Shown: positions 1-8,567 of the stretch, piece after piece
Layout of the letters: every line of letters starts with the position of its first letter
Position numbering within the stretch: the first letter of the stretch is position 1
From: Gemmatimonadota bacterium
GTDB lineage: Bacteria > Gemmatimonadota > Gemmatimonadetes > Gemmatimonadales > GWC2-71-9
Length of the DNA: 60,516 nt
Assembly (NCBI GenBank): GCA_041488455.1
Contig: JBGPPG010000005.1
Coordinates: 1-60,516 of the forward strand
Direction of reading: 5' to 3'
Position numbers and translations under genes: made by a program
Notes under the pieces: model-generated
The model's input: only the letters and a program-made list of their open reading frames with translations
Databases searched by the model: none
Told to the model about the DNA's origin: nothing

Positions 1-204
1 GGCCTCGGCGATGTCCCGCAGCCGCTCGAGCTCGGTCGCGTCGCCCCCGCGCAGCACCACCTTCGGCATGCCCTCCTCCAGCCAGCGACGCCGGGCCGGG
101 TCCGTCGCGGCGAGGAACCCCGCCACCGCGGCATGGGCGACCTGGGCCGCGAGCTTTCCGGCAGGCAGCTCCAGCGCGCCATTGACGACGATCACCTGTT
201 TCAT
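1..204 (-). CDS. peptidyl-tRNA hydrolase, PTH2 family (3' end beyond window edge)
   Basis: Not in ORF track. ATG at 204-202; translation MKQVIVVNGALELPAGKLAAQVAHAAVAGFLAA... has the PTH2 KLAAQxxHAAV core. Start overlaps upstream stop (ATGA at 201-204). Confidence 0.75.
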   Translation of the reverse strand, partial: MKQVIVVNGALELPAGKLAAQVAHAAVAGFLAATDPARRRWLEEGMPKVVLRGGDATELERLRDIAEA

Positions 205-512
205 GCCCGGGGCCGGGATGCTTCCCAGGCGGAGAGCGCGACGATGAGAGCGACCGACGCTGCCGTGGTCAGGATCACCTGGAGCGGCCCGGCCCGACCG
301 CTAAGGACGACGAGGAGCGTGGGCCCGGCGGCGAGAACGACCGAGCCGAGCAGCACCGGCCATGCCGCTCGGCGGGCGAAGTTGAGCGTCCAGCCGGCCC
401 AGCGGATGCGCTTGGGCACGACGATCCGCGGATCAAGTGGGCAGCGATAGATGCCGATCGGACTCCAGAAACGCGGGTCCTGCCAGAGGCGATCGAGCTC
501 TTCGGGAGTCAT
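201..512 (-). CDS. DUF5808-like membrane protein
   Basis: Track ORF 201..539. DPRIVVPKRIRWAGWTLNF motif followed by TM helices. ATG 512 preferred because it forms an ATGA overlap with the stop at 509. Confidence 0.65.
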   Translation of the reverse strand: MTPEELDRLWQDPRFWSPIGIYRCPLDPRIVVPKRIRWAGWTLNFARRAAWPVLLGSVVLAAGPTLLVVLSGRAGPLQVILTTAASVALIVALSAWEASRPRA

Positions 513-907
513 GGGACGTCGGTGACGCCGGCTTTCCATGGGCGCCAGTGCTTCTTGGCGTCGGCGGTGTAGACGATGACCTGATACTGCTTCTGCTTGA
601 GGCCGGAGACGGTGGCCTTGTAGGTCTCGATCTTCTGGCCGGGGCAGCGGCGGTCCGTCGGCGGACCGATCAGACGGATCTTCACGACAGCGCCGTGCGG
701 TTGCTGCGTGGCGGTGATCTTCGCCTGACAGGGGTTGTCCACGCCGAGCACGATGTCGATCGTCCCCGGGGACGGCGTCAACGTGAGCCCGACCGCGGCG
801 GCGCTGTCAGGTGCGGGCTCGACCGGCGCAAGCACGAGCGGCTTCCACTCGTCCTGGAGCCCCGCGGCGCCCAGCATGCCGATCAGAAAACCGACTGCAA
901 GCTTCAT
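509..907 (-). CDS. small secreted protein, hypothetical
   Basis: Last 132 aa of track ORF 509..1936, starting MKLAVGFLIGMLGAAG (signal-like). ATGA overlap with the permease stop (904-907). The upstream 343 aa of that ORF is Arg/Pro shadow of the permease. Confidence 0.6.
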   Translation of the reverse strand: MKLAVGFLIGMLGAAGLQDEWKPLVLAPVEPAPDSAAAVGLTLTPSPGTIDIVLGVDNPCQAKITATQQPHGAVVKIRLIGPPTDRRCPGQKIETYKATVSGLKQKQYQVIVYTADAKKHWRPWKAGVTDVP

Positions 908-2223
908 TCGGGTTTCTCCCTCCGCGTTCGATGACGTGCCGCGCCGTAGATGGCGAAACCTAGCAGGTTCACGCCGACGAGCACGCTGACGATCTTGGCC
1001 GTGAAGACGTGCCAGCTCGCGACCTCGATGATCGGGAAGACCGAGAGAACCGAGTACAGCACGCTGACGCCGAATCCGGCCGCGGCGGCTGCCCGAAGCC
1101 AGAGCGGGGGCCGCTGGGGCAGACGTGCCGCCGCGAAGAGCGGGATCGCGAAGAGCGCCATGTAGGTGAACCCGTAAAAGATACCGCCGGCGTTCTCGAG
1201 CAGCTGAAACGCCTCCTGCACCCCCACGCCCGCCTGTCCCGCGAGCGTGAAGGCCAGCGTGACCGCTCCCACGAAGAGAACCGAGTTGGTCGGCGTGCGG
1301 AAACGCGGATGAATGCGCGTGAACCAGCTCGGTAGGAGGCCGTCCCACCCGGCGACGAGCGGAAGTCGGGTGCTGCCCCCGAAGATCAGCGTCATGGTTC
1401 CCAGCTGGCGCAGGATGAGCAACAGGATCAGCGCGGGTGCGACGAGGGCCGCCGCACCGAAACCGCCGAGACCGGCCGTGATCGCCTGGGGGATGGGGCT
1501 CACCAGGTCGATGCGGTCGCCGGGCACGAGCGCCAGCACACTGCTGGTGCCGAGGATGAACATGACCGCGATCAGCGGCGCGGCGATCAACACCGACTGA
1601 CCTATCGCCCGCCGGGGGCTTCGGCACTCTCCGGCGAGGATGGCGACGTACTCGAACCCGCTGAAGGCGCCGAGCGCCAGCTTGCCGAAAATGTTGAGGT
1701 TGAACGGCGTCAACGTCGGGAGGGAGGCCGCGAACGGGTGGTACGCCGGCAGCGTCCCCCGGGCGACGGCCGCGAACGGAATGATGATGAGGGCGCCGAA
1801 CGTGAGGAGCTGGCCCGCCGCCCCCAGGTTCTGCACCCACTTGCCGGTGCGCAGACCCAGGAGCGACACCAGGGTGGTCGCGGCGATGGCGAGAACGCTG
1901 ATCGCCGCGGTGTACCACGGCGTGCCCGTGAGCCACGCGCCGCCGGGCCCCAGAACGTAGGAGAGATTAGTCGCGACGATGACGCCGAAGGTGGCCAGGA
2001 TGAGAATGGCGTAGGCCCACAGGTTCCAGGCCACCAGGAACCCGCAGAACCCGCCCAGCCCCACGGTGGCCCACTGGTAAAGCCCACCCTCCAGCGGCAT
2101 GAGCCGGTTGAGGAAGATCACCACCGCCGCCTGCGGCAGGTAGAAGAGCGCCGCAGCCAGCAACCAGAACGCCAGATGTAGCGAGCCGAGCTTGGCCGCA
2201 GTGCCGACCCAGCCCGAGCCCAC
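904..2223 (-). CDS. amino acid/polyamine (APC family) permease; true start probably upstream of 2223
   Basis: 439-aa polytopic membrane protein with a GSG TM1 motif and APC-like helices. Conserved-looking residues (RRELGLLDLVLIQVLYI) continue upstream of the first GTG. Confidence 0.85.
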   Translation of the reverse strand: MGSGWVGTAAKLGSLHLAFWLLAAALFYLPQAAVVIFLNRLMPLEGGLYQWATVGLGGFCGFLVAWNLWAYAILILATFGVIVATNLSYVLGPGGAWLTGTPWYTAAISVLAIAATTLVSLLGLRTGKWVQNLGAAGQLLTFGALIIIPFAAVARGTLPAYHPFAASLPTLTPFNLNIFGKLALGAFSGFEYVAILAGECRSPRRAIGQSVLIAAPLIAVMFILGTSSVLALVPGDRIDLVSPIPQAITAGLGGFGAAALVAPALILLLILRQLGTMTLIFGGSTRLPLVAGWDGLLPSWFTRIHPRFRTPTNSVLFVGAVTLAFTLAGQAGVGVQEAFQLLENAGGIFYGFTYMALFAIPLFAAARLPQRPPLWLRAAAAAGFGVSVLYSVLSVFPIIEVASWHVFTAKIVSVLVGVNLLGFAIYGAARHRTRREKPE

Positions 2224-2327
2224 GATGTAGAGAACCTGGATCAGGACGAGGTCGAGCAGCCCGAGCTCCCGGCGGAACCCGGCGCTCTTGGCCTCGACGT
2301 CGCGGACCCGGTCCGCGGCGGCGGTGG

Positions 2328-2546
2328 TTATTTCTTGCCGCCTTCGTACTTGAACGAAACTTTGACCTTGGCCCGGTAGCTCTGGACCTTGCCGTCCTTG
2401 AGCGCGATGTCCAGCGCGGAGATCTCGGCGACCCGGAGATCCCGCAGGGTCTGGCCGGCGCGTCTGATCGCCGCGGCGGCGGCCTTCTCCCAGGACTCGG
2501 TGCTCGTGCCGATCAGCTCGATGACCTTGTACACGCTCTCCGGCAT
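2328..2546 (-). CDS. dodecin family flavin-binding protein
   Basis: 72 aa. VYKVIELIGTSTESWEKAAAAAI...DGKVQSYRAKVKVSF matches the dodecin pattern. Confidence 0.85.
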   Translation of the reverse strand: MPESVYKVIELIGTSTESWEKAAAAAIRRAGQTLRDLRVAEISALDIALKDGKVQSYRAKVKVSFKYEGGKK

Positions 2547-2591
2547 GGTGGGTCTCCTTGAGTGCGGGAAGCCAGCAACCGCGGACGCCGG

Positions 2592-3299
2592 TCAGACCGG
2601 CGCGGGCGGCAAGATCTCGGTCATGGCGCGGTCCACGTGAATCCGCGTGGTGTCGAGGAAGGGGATCCCGGTGTCGCCGGCATCGCGCAGGAGCAGCGGC
2701 AGCTCGGTTCCGCCCAGGACCAATCCCTCGATGCCCTCGGTTTCCTTCAAGCGGCGGACAATCGTGAACAGGCGGTCGCGGGTGGCGGGAAGGAAGACGC
2801 CCGGGACTAGCTCGCCCATGTACTTGTCGTGAATGTACGCCTGATTCTCCGGGTCGGGGATCCGCACGGCGATGCCCCGCCGCGCGAAGACGTCAAGGTA
2901 GAAGCGGCCCTGCATCGTGAACCGGGTGCCGAAGAGGCCGACCCGGCGGAGTCCCAGGGCATGGGCCTCGTCGGCAGCGGCTTCGACGATGCTGATGAGC
3001 GGCAGCGGAGATTGCCGCTGAACGTCATCGAAGACGATGTGGGGCGTGTTGGAGGCGAAGAGGGCGACCTCCGCCCCGGCCCGGGCCAGTCGCTCCACCT
3101 CGGCCGCCAGGTACCGGGTGAGGTCGGCCAACCGGCCGGCGGCGACCAGGTCGAGCAACCGTTTGAGATCGATGCTGTTGATGATGATCGGCGGGTAGCT
3201 CCCATCGCGGACGCGCTCACGGTACGTGGCGATCAGGAGCCGGTAGTACTCGACCGTGGACTCCGGGGCGATGCCTCCGATGATGCCGAGGACCCTCAT
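2592..3299 (-). CDS. aspartate/glutamate racemase family protein
   Basis: C-terminal 235 aa of track ORF 2592..3665, from MRVLGIIGGIAPESTVEYY; also has the GGTELPLL motif. ATG 3299 overlaps the upstream stop (ATGA). Confidence 0.8.
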   Translation of the reverse strand: MRVLGIIGGIAPESTVEYYRLLIATYRERVRDGSYPPIIINSIDLKRLLDLVAAGRLADLTRYLAAEVERLARAGAEVALFASNTPHIVFDDVQRQSPLPLISIVEAAADEAHALGLRRVGLFGTRFTMQGRFYLDVFARRGIAVRIPDPENQAYIHDKYMGELVPGVFLPATRDRLFTIVRRLKETEGIEGLVLGGTELPLLLRDAGDTGIPFLDTTRIHVDRAMTEILPPAPV

Positions 3300-3715
3300 C
3301 CCGGCCGTCGCCGGCGGGTCAGCGCGAGCAGCATCGATCCGAGGTTGACCACGGCCAGCCCCGCGCCGGCCACGATGAGCCACCGCGCCGTGATGCGCAG
3401 GATGGTGAGCCGGTCGATGCCGACGAGCACGAGCGCGACCTTGGTCGTCAGAAGGACCGCCGCCGCGGAGAAGATGACCAGCTGGAGCAGGAGCAGCGCC
3501 TGATATCCCAGTCCGGCATAGAGCCAGTACACCGCGAGGACCACCAGCAGCCAGGCGAAGAGCCCGGTGCGGGACGTCTGGCCCAGCGGGAGCTGCCGTA
3601 CGAGGGGCACGACGAGCAGCGCCAGGGCCAGGCACATCAGCAGCAGGCGCAGGCTGGCTCGCCACAGCTCGGATCGGGTGGCGTCATCCGCCGTGTGGGG
3701 GGCAGGGGCACGCAT
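3296..3715 (-). CDS. membrane protein, hypothetical
   Basis: Part of track ORF 3296..3925. ATG 3715 is preceded by AAGGAGG about 10 nt upstream. Several TM helices. Confidence 0.6.
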   Translation of the reverse strand: MRAPAPHTADDATRSELWRASLRLLLMCLALALLVVPLVRQLPLGQTSRTGLFAWLLVVLAVYWLYAGLGYQALLLLQLVIFSAAAVLLTTKVALVLVGIDRLTILRITARWLIVAGAGLAVVNLGSMLLALTRRRRPG

Positions 3716-3788
3716 GGGACTCGCGGACCTCCTTCTTGCAAGAGCGCCGTCGGTGGAGCGAACCCAATTGTAGGGCGGAACCCGGTGC

Positions 3789-4172
3789 TCAGGCCAGGCC
3801 GAGCCGGCGGAGTATAAGCGCGATCCGCCGGTCGCGGGCGTCGGCGCGCTTTGCGGCGCCCAACCATGCCAGGACCTCGCGGCGGCGACCCGGGGGCCAG
3901 GCGTCGAAGGCAGGCCGTCCCCCACGCACGCGGCCCAGTGCCTCCGCCAGCTCCGCCGGCAGTCCAGGGACGGGGTGCGGAGGTGCCTGGCGCAGGCTCA
4001 TGACCACATCGTCGCCCGCCTCCACGTCGTCGGCCTCCCGCCGAAGTCTCGCGTTCAACGCGAGGCGATACCCGCCTTCCCCACGGGGCACCAGCGTTCC
4101 GAGGAAGACGGCCCCGGCTTGAATCCTTTCCCCGGCCAGACCCGTCACGGTTAGTGACCCCTTTGGCGACAC
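3789..4172 (-). CDS. DUF1905 / YdeI-OmpD-associated family protein
   Basis: Track ORF 3789..4271. DUF1905-like GTLVPRGEGGYRLALNARLRREADDVEAGD and a YdeI-like C-terminus (EVLAWLGAAKRADARDRRI). Start uncertain (GTG 4172 or GTG 4148). Confidence 0.6.
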   Translation of the reverse strand: MSPKGSLTVTGLAGERIQAGAVFLGTLVPRGEGGYRLALNARLRREADDVEAGDDVVMSLRQAPPHPVPGLPAELAEALGRVRGGRPAFDAWPPGRRREVLAWLGAAKRADARDRRIALILRRLGLA

Positions 4173-4198
4173 TCCCCACTCGAGACGACTTCCACCCC

Positions 4199-5290
4199 AT
4201 GCTGCGTGGACTGCGGGCCTGCCTGCTCCTGCTGGCGACCCCCCTCTGGGCCCAGGGGCACGCGCAACCAAAGAAGATTCAGGCGGCGGACGGAATATTC
4301 CTCTTCGTCACGCCGCCGTACGGCGACGTCGGGCTCGACGGCAACGCCGTCGTCATTCTGTCGGACGACGGCGTTCTCGTGTTCGACGCGAACGGGACTC
4401 CCGCCGCCGCCTCCGCGGTGCTGGCCGAAATCCGGAGGATGACGCGGCAGCCGGTCCGCTATCTGATCCTCTCACACTGGCACTGGGACCACTGGTACGG
4501 GGCGGAGGTGTACCGGCAGGCCTTCCCCGGAATCCAGATTATCGCGCACGAAACGACCAGGCGACTCATGATGGGGCCGGCGCTCGCGTTCAACCAGCCC
4601 GGCATCGACGAGCAGCTGCCCCAGCACGTCCAGGAAGTCGAAAACGCCCTCTCTGCCGCCAGAGCCAAGAAGACCGACCCGGCCAGGCTGGCGCGCCTGG
4701 AGGCACACCTCCGGGAAGACCGGTTCTTCCTGGCCCAGAAACGCGGCGTGCACCACACCTTCCCGAACCTGACCTACAGCGACTCGCTCACGCTCTATCT
4801 GGGCAGGCGCCGCATCCAGGTACTGCACTACGATCGCGCGGTGACGCCGGGCGACACTTTTCTCTATCTGCCGGACGACAAGGTACTCATCACAGGGGAC
4901 CTGCTCATCAACCCGATCACATTCGCGCTCGGGTGCTACCCCACCGGCTGGATCAACACGCTCGAACGGCTCGACCACCTCGATGCGCGCGTGATCATCC
5001 CGGGACACGGCGAGCCGCTCCACGACAAGGCGCTCCTGGAGACGCACCTCGCCCTCCTGCGCGAGCTGTCACGGTTGGGCAAGGCGGCGAAAGGACAGGG
5101 GCTCACGGTGACGCAAGCCACTGCGCTCGTCAAAGACAGCGTGCAGGACCTCAGGCGGCAGCTCACGCACGACGATGCCGGGCTGGACGAGGCCTTCGGG
5201 GTTTACATCGTGAGCTGGTATCTCCACCGGGTGTACGACGAGCTCGACGGTCCGCTCTCGGACGAGATCGGGGCGATTCCGGCGGACTAG
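4199..5290 (+). CDS. secreted metallo-beta-lactamase fold hydrolase
   Basis: Track ORF 4154..5290. HWHWDH zinc motif. Signal peptide starts at MLRGLRACLLLLATPLWAQG (ATG 4199). Confidence 0.8.
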   Translation: MLRGLRACLLLLATPLWAQGHAQPKKIQAADGIFLFVTPPYGDVGLDGNAVVILSDDGVLVFDANGTPAAASAVLAEIRRMTRQPVRYLILSHWHWDHWYGAEVYRQAFPGIQIIAHETTRRLMMGPALAFNQPGIDEQLPQHVQEVENALSAARAKKTDPARLARLEAHLREDRFFLAQKRGVHHTFPNLTYSDSLTLYLGRRRIQVLHYDRAVTPGDTFLYLPDDKVLITGDLLINPITFALGCYPTGWINTLERLDHLDARVIIPGHGEPLHDKALLETHLALLRELSRLGKAAKGQGLTVTQATALVKDSVQDLRRQLTHDDAGLDEAFGVYIVSWYLHRVYDELDGPLSDEIGAIPAD

Positions 5291-5309
5291 CGGGCGGCCC
5301 GAAGCGGCC

Positions 5310-5846
5310 TCACTTGCGGCGCAGGGTGTAGGACGCGAACTCCTGCCAGACCCCTCCGGGGCCCCGATCCTCCATGAGGACTGTCCAGACCCGATCCCTG
5401 GGGTCCCAGGTGAAGGTCGTGTGGAACGGGCCGTCCGGGTACTCGAAGACCAGACGGATCGCGCTTCCAGCCCGCTGGCCGTAGCCCAGCGTCTCGGAGA
5501 ACCGCCCGCCGAAGGCATCGAGCCAGTGGCTGACGTAGCGCTCGCTGGCGTTGTCGTAGCCGAGATACACCGTGGCCTGATACGCCGGCGGCTCGGCCAC
5601 GTCGCGCATCTTCAGCTCCAGAAACTGATGGTTGAGCACCCACTCCGCGTGGAATGCGTAGGTGGCGGGACGACCGCGCACGCGTCCGGCCATGGACCAG
5701 TCGCCGGCGAGCCGGTCGAGCAGGGAGTCCTGGAGGGTGTTGCGGGGCCCGTCGAGCGGCGGGTCCGGCGCCTGGGCGGTCGCGGGAACCGCGCAGACGA
5801 TTGCCGCAAGCAGCAAGGCGGGGAGTGTCCGGACTCTACTTGGCAT
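5310..5846 (-). CDS. DUF1579-like secreted protein
   Basis: 178 aa. Signal peptide ending ATAQA, then LAGDWSMAGR...YLGYDNASERYVSHWLD pattern. Confidence 0.65.
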   Translation of the reverse strand: MPSRVRTLPALLLAAIVCAVPATAQAPDPPLDGPRNTLQDSLLDRLAGDWSMAGRVRGRPATYAFHAEWVLNHQFLELKMRDVAEPPAYQATVYLGYDNASERYVSHWLDAFGGRFSETLGYGQRAGSAIRLVFEYPDGPFHTTFTWDPRDRVWTVLMEDRGPGGVWQEFASYTLRRK

Positions 5847-6201
5847 ACTTGTCCGCGCCGAGGAAGTGGAGCGAGACGTACGGCTCGGTGCCCACGACCC
5901 AGCTGTCGTGCGGGTCGGGAGGGACGTAGAAGAGGTCGCCCGGCCTCATCTCGATCACCCGGTCGGCGAACGCGACGGTGGCGACTCCCGCCAGCACAAG
6001 CCCGACGTGCTCGACCGAGCAGCGGGTGGCGCCCACGGTGGGCCCGACATGCTCGGACCAGCGCCAGCCCGGCTGATACGTGGCCCGCCCGACGGTGAGC
6101 CCGCCCAGGCGCACGATCTCGAAGCGACCCTTGACCATCTCACGAACCTCGTCCGGCCGCTCGAACCGCTTGAGAATAACGCCGAGCACGGGCTCAGCCA
6201 C
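5836..6201 (-). CDS. cupin domain protein
   Basis: 121 aa. EHVGLVLAG...MRPGDLFYVPP cupin motifs. Confidence 0.75.
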   Translation of the reverse strand: MAEPVLGVILKRFERPDEVREMVKGRFEIVRLGGLTVGRATYQPGWRWSEHVGPTVGATRCSVEHVGLVLAGVATVAFADRVIEMRPGDLFYVPPDPHDSWVVGTEPYVSLHFLGADKYAK

Positions 6202-6544
6202 CGGTGTGATGGTCGTCCAGCTGCTCGACCACGACGGCGGTGCCGTAGCAGAGTACCTCGGTCACGCCGGCCATCACCTCGGCCGCGTCGTAGCGCACCC
6301 CGACGACCGCGTTGGCGCCCCGGTGCTGCGCGTGCGCCAGCATGATCTCGAACGCGTCCTCGCGGGCGCGCTCGCAGAGCGTGGTGAGCAGCGTGATGTG
6401 ACCGCCCAGGATGGTCTGGAGCTTGGCGCCGAGCGTGCCGACGATCGAGCGGGACCGAACGGTTACTCCCCGAACGACGCCGAGCGCGTGGACGATCTGG
6501 TATCCATCGAGATTGAAGGTCGTGCTGGTCATCTCCGGTCCCAT
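6194..6544 (-). CDS. YbjQ (UPF0145) family protein
   Basis: 116 aa. LGVVRGVTVRSRSIVGTLGA...ANAVVGVRYD matches YbjQ. GAGGA lies 5-6 nt upstream of ATG 6544. Confidence 0.8.
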   Translation of the reverse strand: MGPEMTSTTFNLDGYQIVHALGVVRGVTVRSRSIVGTLGAKLQTILGGHITLLTTLCERAREDAFEIMLAHAQHRGANAVVGVRYDAAEVMAGVTEVLCYGTAVVVEQLDDHHTGG

Positions 6545-6594
6545 GGCCGTCCTCGATCCGAGCGCGGGTTACGGTTCACGATCTGGGCGACACC

Positions 6595-6951
6595 TTACGC
6601 CGTGCCGCGACGGGTGTCAACCGCGGGCGCGGAGGAGGCGATTGGCCAGCCGCCATCCGCGGACGGTGAAGGCGATCGAGCCAGAAGCGCCGCGCACACG
6701 GTTGTGTACGCGGGCCGTGAAAGCGGGAGAAACCGGGGCAGGCCGAGCGCCACGAGCAGAAGGGCGCAGCCGAGCAGGATGAGGTCTCGGCCACACGCGG
6801 CGTTCGCCTCGTACCAGACGTACTCGTCCGCACAGGTCGCGGGGATGCGAAGTCCGTACCAGCGATTGGGGCGGACGCGCCGGCGAGCCAGGGGGATGCC
6901 CGAGAGGATGGAGGTCACGCCGATTCCGGAGAAGAGGATCTGCTCACGCAT
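6595..6951 (-). CDS. SdpI/YhfL-family membrane protein, C-terminus possibly frameshifted
   Basis: PNRWYGLRIPATCADEYVWYEAN motif flanked by TM helices. The last expected TM continues in another frame (GSIAFTVRGWRLANRLLRARG*, stop 6617-6619). Confidence 0.65.
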   Translation of the reverse strand: MREQILFSGIGVTSILSGIPLARRRVRPNRWYGLRIPATCADEYVWYEANAACGRDLILLGCALLLVALGLPRFLPLSRPAYTTVCAALLARSPSPSADGGWPIASSAPAVDTRRGTA

Positions 6952-6969
6952 GGGTCAGGTGGTCCGCCT

Positions 6970-7375
6970 CTATCGGCGCCCGAAGGTCCAGTCGGTGTAC
7001 AGGCCGACCCACACCATTACCGCCGACAGCGCCAGGTACAGCACCGCTGTCGGTCCATCCCCGATGGCGTCGCGGAGCCACCGCGCCTTGTAGTTCTCCC
7101 AGAACCACCACGGGCGGCTGATCGTCATGAGCGCCAGGAAGATCCCGAGCCCCGATCCACATCACGCGGTCGCGATGCCAGCCCAACGAGTCGGCGCCGA
7201 CCCACAGGGAACCGACGAGCAGCAGGGAGACGGTGAACAGGATGACCGCACCGCGCCAGCCGGCGGTCGGCGGGCGTTCGCCATCTCGTGCCTGCGGGCC
7301 CGACGGCCACCGGGCCGCCGCGACCGCAAGGAGTATGAGGCTCGCAGCCCCGAGCGCCACTGCCGCGGCGATCAA
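6970..7375 (-). pseudogene. 4-TM membrane protein interrupted by an apparent 1-nt frameshift at a C4/G4 run (7150-7153)
   Basis: TTG 7375 overlaps the upstream stop (TTGA). Frame A encodes ...SLLLVGSLWVGADSLGWHRDRVMWIG. The next frame encodes GIFLALMTISRPWWFWENYKARWLRD...LYTDWTFGRR* with third-position GC about 90 percent. Confidence 0.6.
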
Positions 7376-7704
7376 GCCGGCATCTTGGCGGCCAGGATCT
7401 CGACCTTCTCGATGCTCGGGGGACTCGACAGGAGGTCGGGTGCCTTCTCCATCAGCGCCGCCGCCACCTGTCCGGCGAGGTGCGCCTGGCGGCCGGCGTC
7501 GTCGGGGAAAGTATCGAAGATGCCGAACGTCGAGGGGCCGAGCTTGATCGCATACCACGTGATCGTGGCCGGTTCCCGCTGGACGATCGCGAGACCCCTC
7601 TGGAGGAAGCTCGCCACCGCCGCCTCCTTGCCTGGCTTTGCCTCGAGCCGGACCAGGAGAGCTGCGCGGACGGGCGGTGCTGGGGCCTTGGTTGCGGTTG
7701 GCAT
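7372..7704 (-). CDS. antibiotic biosynthesis monooxygenase (ABM) family protein
   Basis: Part of track ORF 7372..7788. ATG 7704 has AAGGAG 7 nt upstream. LLVRLEAKPGKEAAVASFL...WYAIKLGPSTFGIFDTF ferredoxin-like ABM pattern. Confidence 0.7.
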   Translation of the reverse strand: MPTATKAPAPPVRAALLVRLEAKPGKEAAVASFLQRGLAIVQREPATITWYAIKLGPSTFGIFDTFPDDAGRQAHLAGQVAAALMEKAPDLLSSPPSIEKVEILAAKMPA

Positions 7705-7858
7705 ATGGGTGCTCCTTGAAACAGGATCGGAATCGGAATCGGACGACCGGGCCATGATGAAGGTGGGGCGCGCGCCGTCACCGGTCAAACGGGGACTCCA
7801 AGACCCTCTTCCTCGCCGTCGATCTGCTCTTCCGCCCGGTGTCCGGGACCGACGGCTC

Positions 7859-8293
7859 CTAGCGCTTCAGGCTCAGCAGCAGGGCCCCCGCACCGACGAG
7901 TCCGATCCCGACCCATTCGCGCGGGGTCGGACGCTCGCCCAGGAAGGCGGTGGCGAACAGGGCCACGAGCACGACGCTGAGCTTGTCGATCGGTGCCACG
8001 CGCGACGCATCGCCGGCCTTGAGCGCGCGGAAGTAACACAGCCACGACGCCCCGGTCGCGAGTCCTGAGAGAATCAGGAACGTCACGGAGCGCGGCGGCA
8101 GCTGGGTCGGGTCGCGCCACTTGCCCAGCGCCGCGATGAGTACGCCGAGTGTCAGGAGGATCACGACGGTGCGGAGGAAGGTGGCGTAGTCGGAATCGAT
8201 GCCCTCGAGTCCGACCTTGGCGAAGATCGCGGTGAGCGCCGCGAACGTGGCCGAGAGAAGCGCCCAGGCGAGCCAGTTCTGTGTATCCGGCAT
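7859..8293 (-). CDS. EamA/DMT family small transporter
   Basis: 144 aa, 4-5 TM helices, EamA-like FAKVGLEGIDS...APIDKLSVVLVALF. Confidence 0.75.
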   Translation of the reverse strand: MPDTQNWLAWALLSATFAALTAIFAKVGLEGIDSDYATFLRTVVILLTLGVLIAALGKWRDPTQLPPRSVTFLILSGLATGASWLCYFRALKAGDASRVAPIDKLSVVLVALFATAFLGERPTPREWVGIGLVGAGALLLSLKR

Positions 8294-8319
8294 CTCTTAC
8301 CTTGGAAAGTCGGTCGGGC

Positions 8320-8544
8320 TCAGGATACGTCACCTTCCCCGCCCGCGCTACGGTCGGGCCGGGCGACCGCAAAGACGATGTGCGTCAGGCCGTGGAACTG
8401 GACTTCCTCGATCGGCCGCATCCCCAGGCGCGTTGCCACCCGCTGCGACGGCGCGTTCTCCGGCAGCTCGCGCAGGGTGAGCCGTGCAGTGGTCGGGAGC
8501 ATGGAACCGCTCAGGGGAAACCGTCGTTCTTTGCGGTCGGACAA
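8320..8544 (-). pseudogene. GNAT acetyltransferase remnant (internal deletion)
   Basis: 74-aa ORF. It joins a RimJ-type N-terminus (TARLTLRELPE) directly to a GNAT C-terminus (NAPSQRVATRLGMRPIEEVQFHG). The acetyl-CoA-binding core is absent. Confidence 0.55.
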
Positions 8545-8567
8545 GATGACTGCTGAACGGGGGATGC

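Noticed and set aside
908-1936. Upstream 343 aa of track ORF 509..1936, and similar N-terminal extensions of ORFs 2592..3665, 9915..10724, 12477..13499, 14038..15930, 15219..16196, 22568..24331, 41434..42219, 45848..46588 and 50792..52045
   Set aside because: In each case only the C-terminal part has family motifs, an SD-preceded internal start or a 4-nt overlap. The extension overlaps a better gene in another frame and is Arg/Pro-rich.
7722-7745. Short tandem GGAATC/GGATC repeats upstream of the ABM gene
   Set aside because: Only about three imperfect units are present. There is no further copy in the window and no obvious relation to a promoter or binding site.
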